From a bacterium (GTDB taxonomy: Bacteria; Hinthialibacterota; Hinthialibacteria; Hinthialibacterales; Hinthialibacteraceae), in the NCBI GenBank assembly GCA_963663405.2, contig CAXXSM010000002.1:1-39222 (forward strand): a stretch of DNA of 39,222 nt. The letters run 5' to 3'. The notes under the pieces were generated by a model. That model was not told the origin of the DNA and did no database searches. It saw only the letters and a program-made list of their open reading frames with translations. The translations under genes and the position numbers were made by a program. Positions 39,096 to 39,222 of the stretch are shown one piece after another (the stretch's first letter is position 1; each line of letters opens with the position of its first letter).

Positions 39096-39222
39096 ATGAA
39101 AGAATGGCTTTATAAAGTTGGACGGATATCATTAGGGGTAATTCTTCTAATAATCGGCGTCATCGGGGGATTCATTCCGATTCTGCAGGGATGGATATTC
39201 GTATTTTTGGGATTGAGCGTTC
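39096..39222 (+). CDS. Small membrane protein (PGPGW/DUF454-like), truncated by window end
   Basis: MKEWLYKVGRISLGVILLIIGVIGGFIPILQGWIFVFLGLSV, open to the window edge. Confidence 0.7.
   Translation, partial: MKEWLYKVGRISLGVILLIIGVIGGFIPILQGWIFVFLGLSV

Noticed and set aside
1-39222. CRISPR arrays, tRNA, rRNA, transposases
   Set aside because: No regularly spaced repeats, cloverleaf or rRNA signatures, or transposase motifs seen. The many short antisense and nested ORFs are shadows of the called genes.

Overview
Bacterial chromosomal window in four parts. (1) 1-7.9 kb: housekeeping genes (YfhO-like 3' end, ricT/PSP1, rimO, pgpA, an MBL hydrolase, miaA-hfq, uppS-cdsA). Most are broken by single-base frameshifts, probably sequencing or assembly errors. 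(2) 8.0-15.2 kb: a compact bacterial microcompartment (BMC) operon (BMC-H shell, PduL, a flavoprotein, an acylating aldehyde dehydrogenase; all three cargo proteins carry encapsulation peptides). It has no signature enzyme, has a GntR/HutC-type operator upstream, and is followed by a GH38 alpha-mannosidase. (3) 15.2-35.4 kb: the main anomaly, a ~20 kb head-to-tail array of nine paralogous membrane-anchored WD40 beta-propeller genes (W1-W9 in transcription order, minus strand). They share a scaffold but have hypervariable loops, show mosaicism and junction relics of their duplication history, and lie downstream of an orphan BlaI/MecI/CopY repressor. (4) 36-39.2 kb: a ParD/ParE-type toxin-antitoxin pair with a duplicated antitoxin fragment, a REP-like doublet, a secreted pectin-lyase-fold protein and small ORFs. 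All calls come from reading the sequence and recognising motifs; no searches were run.
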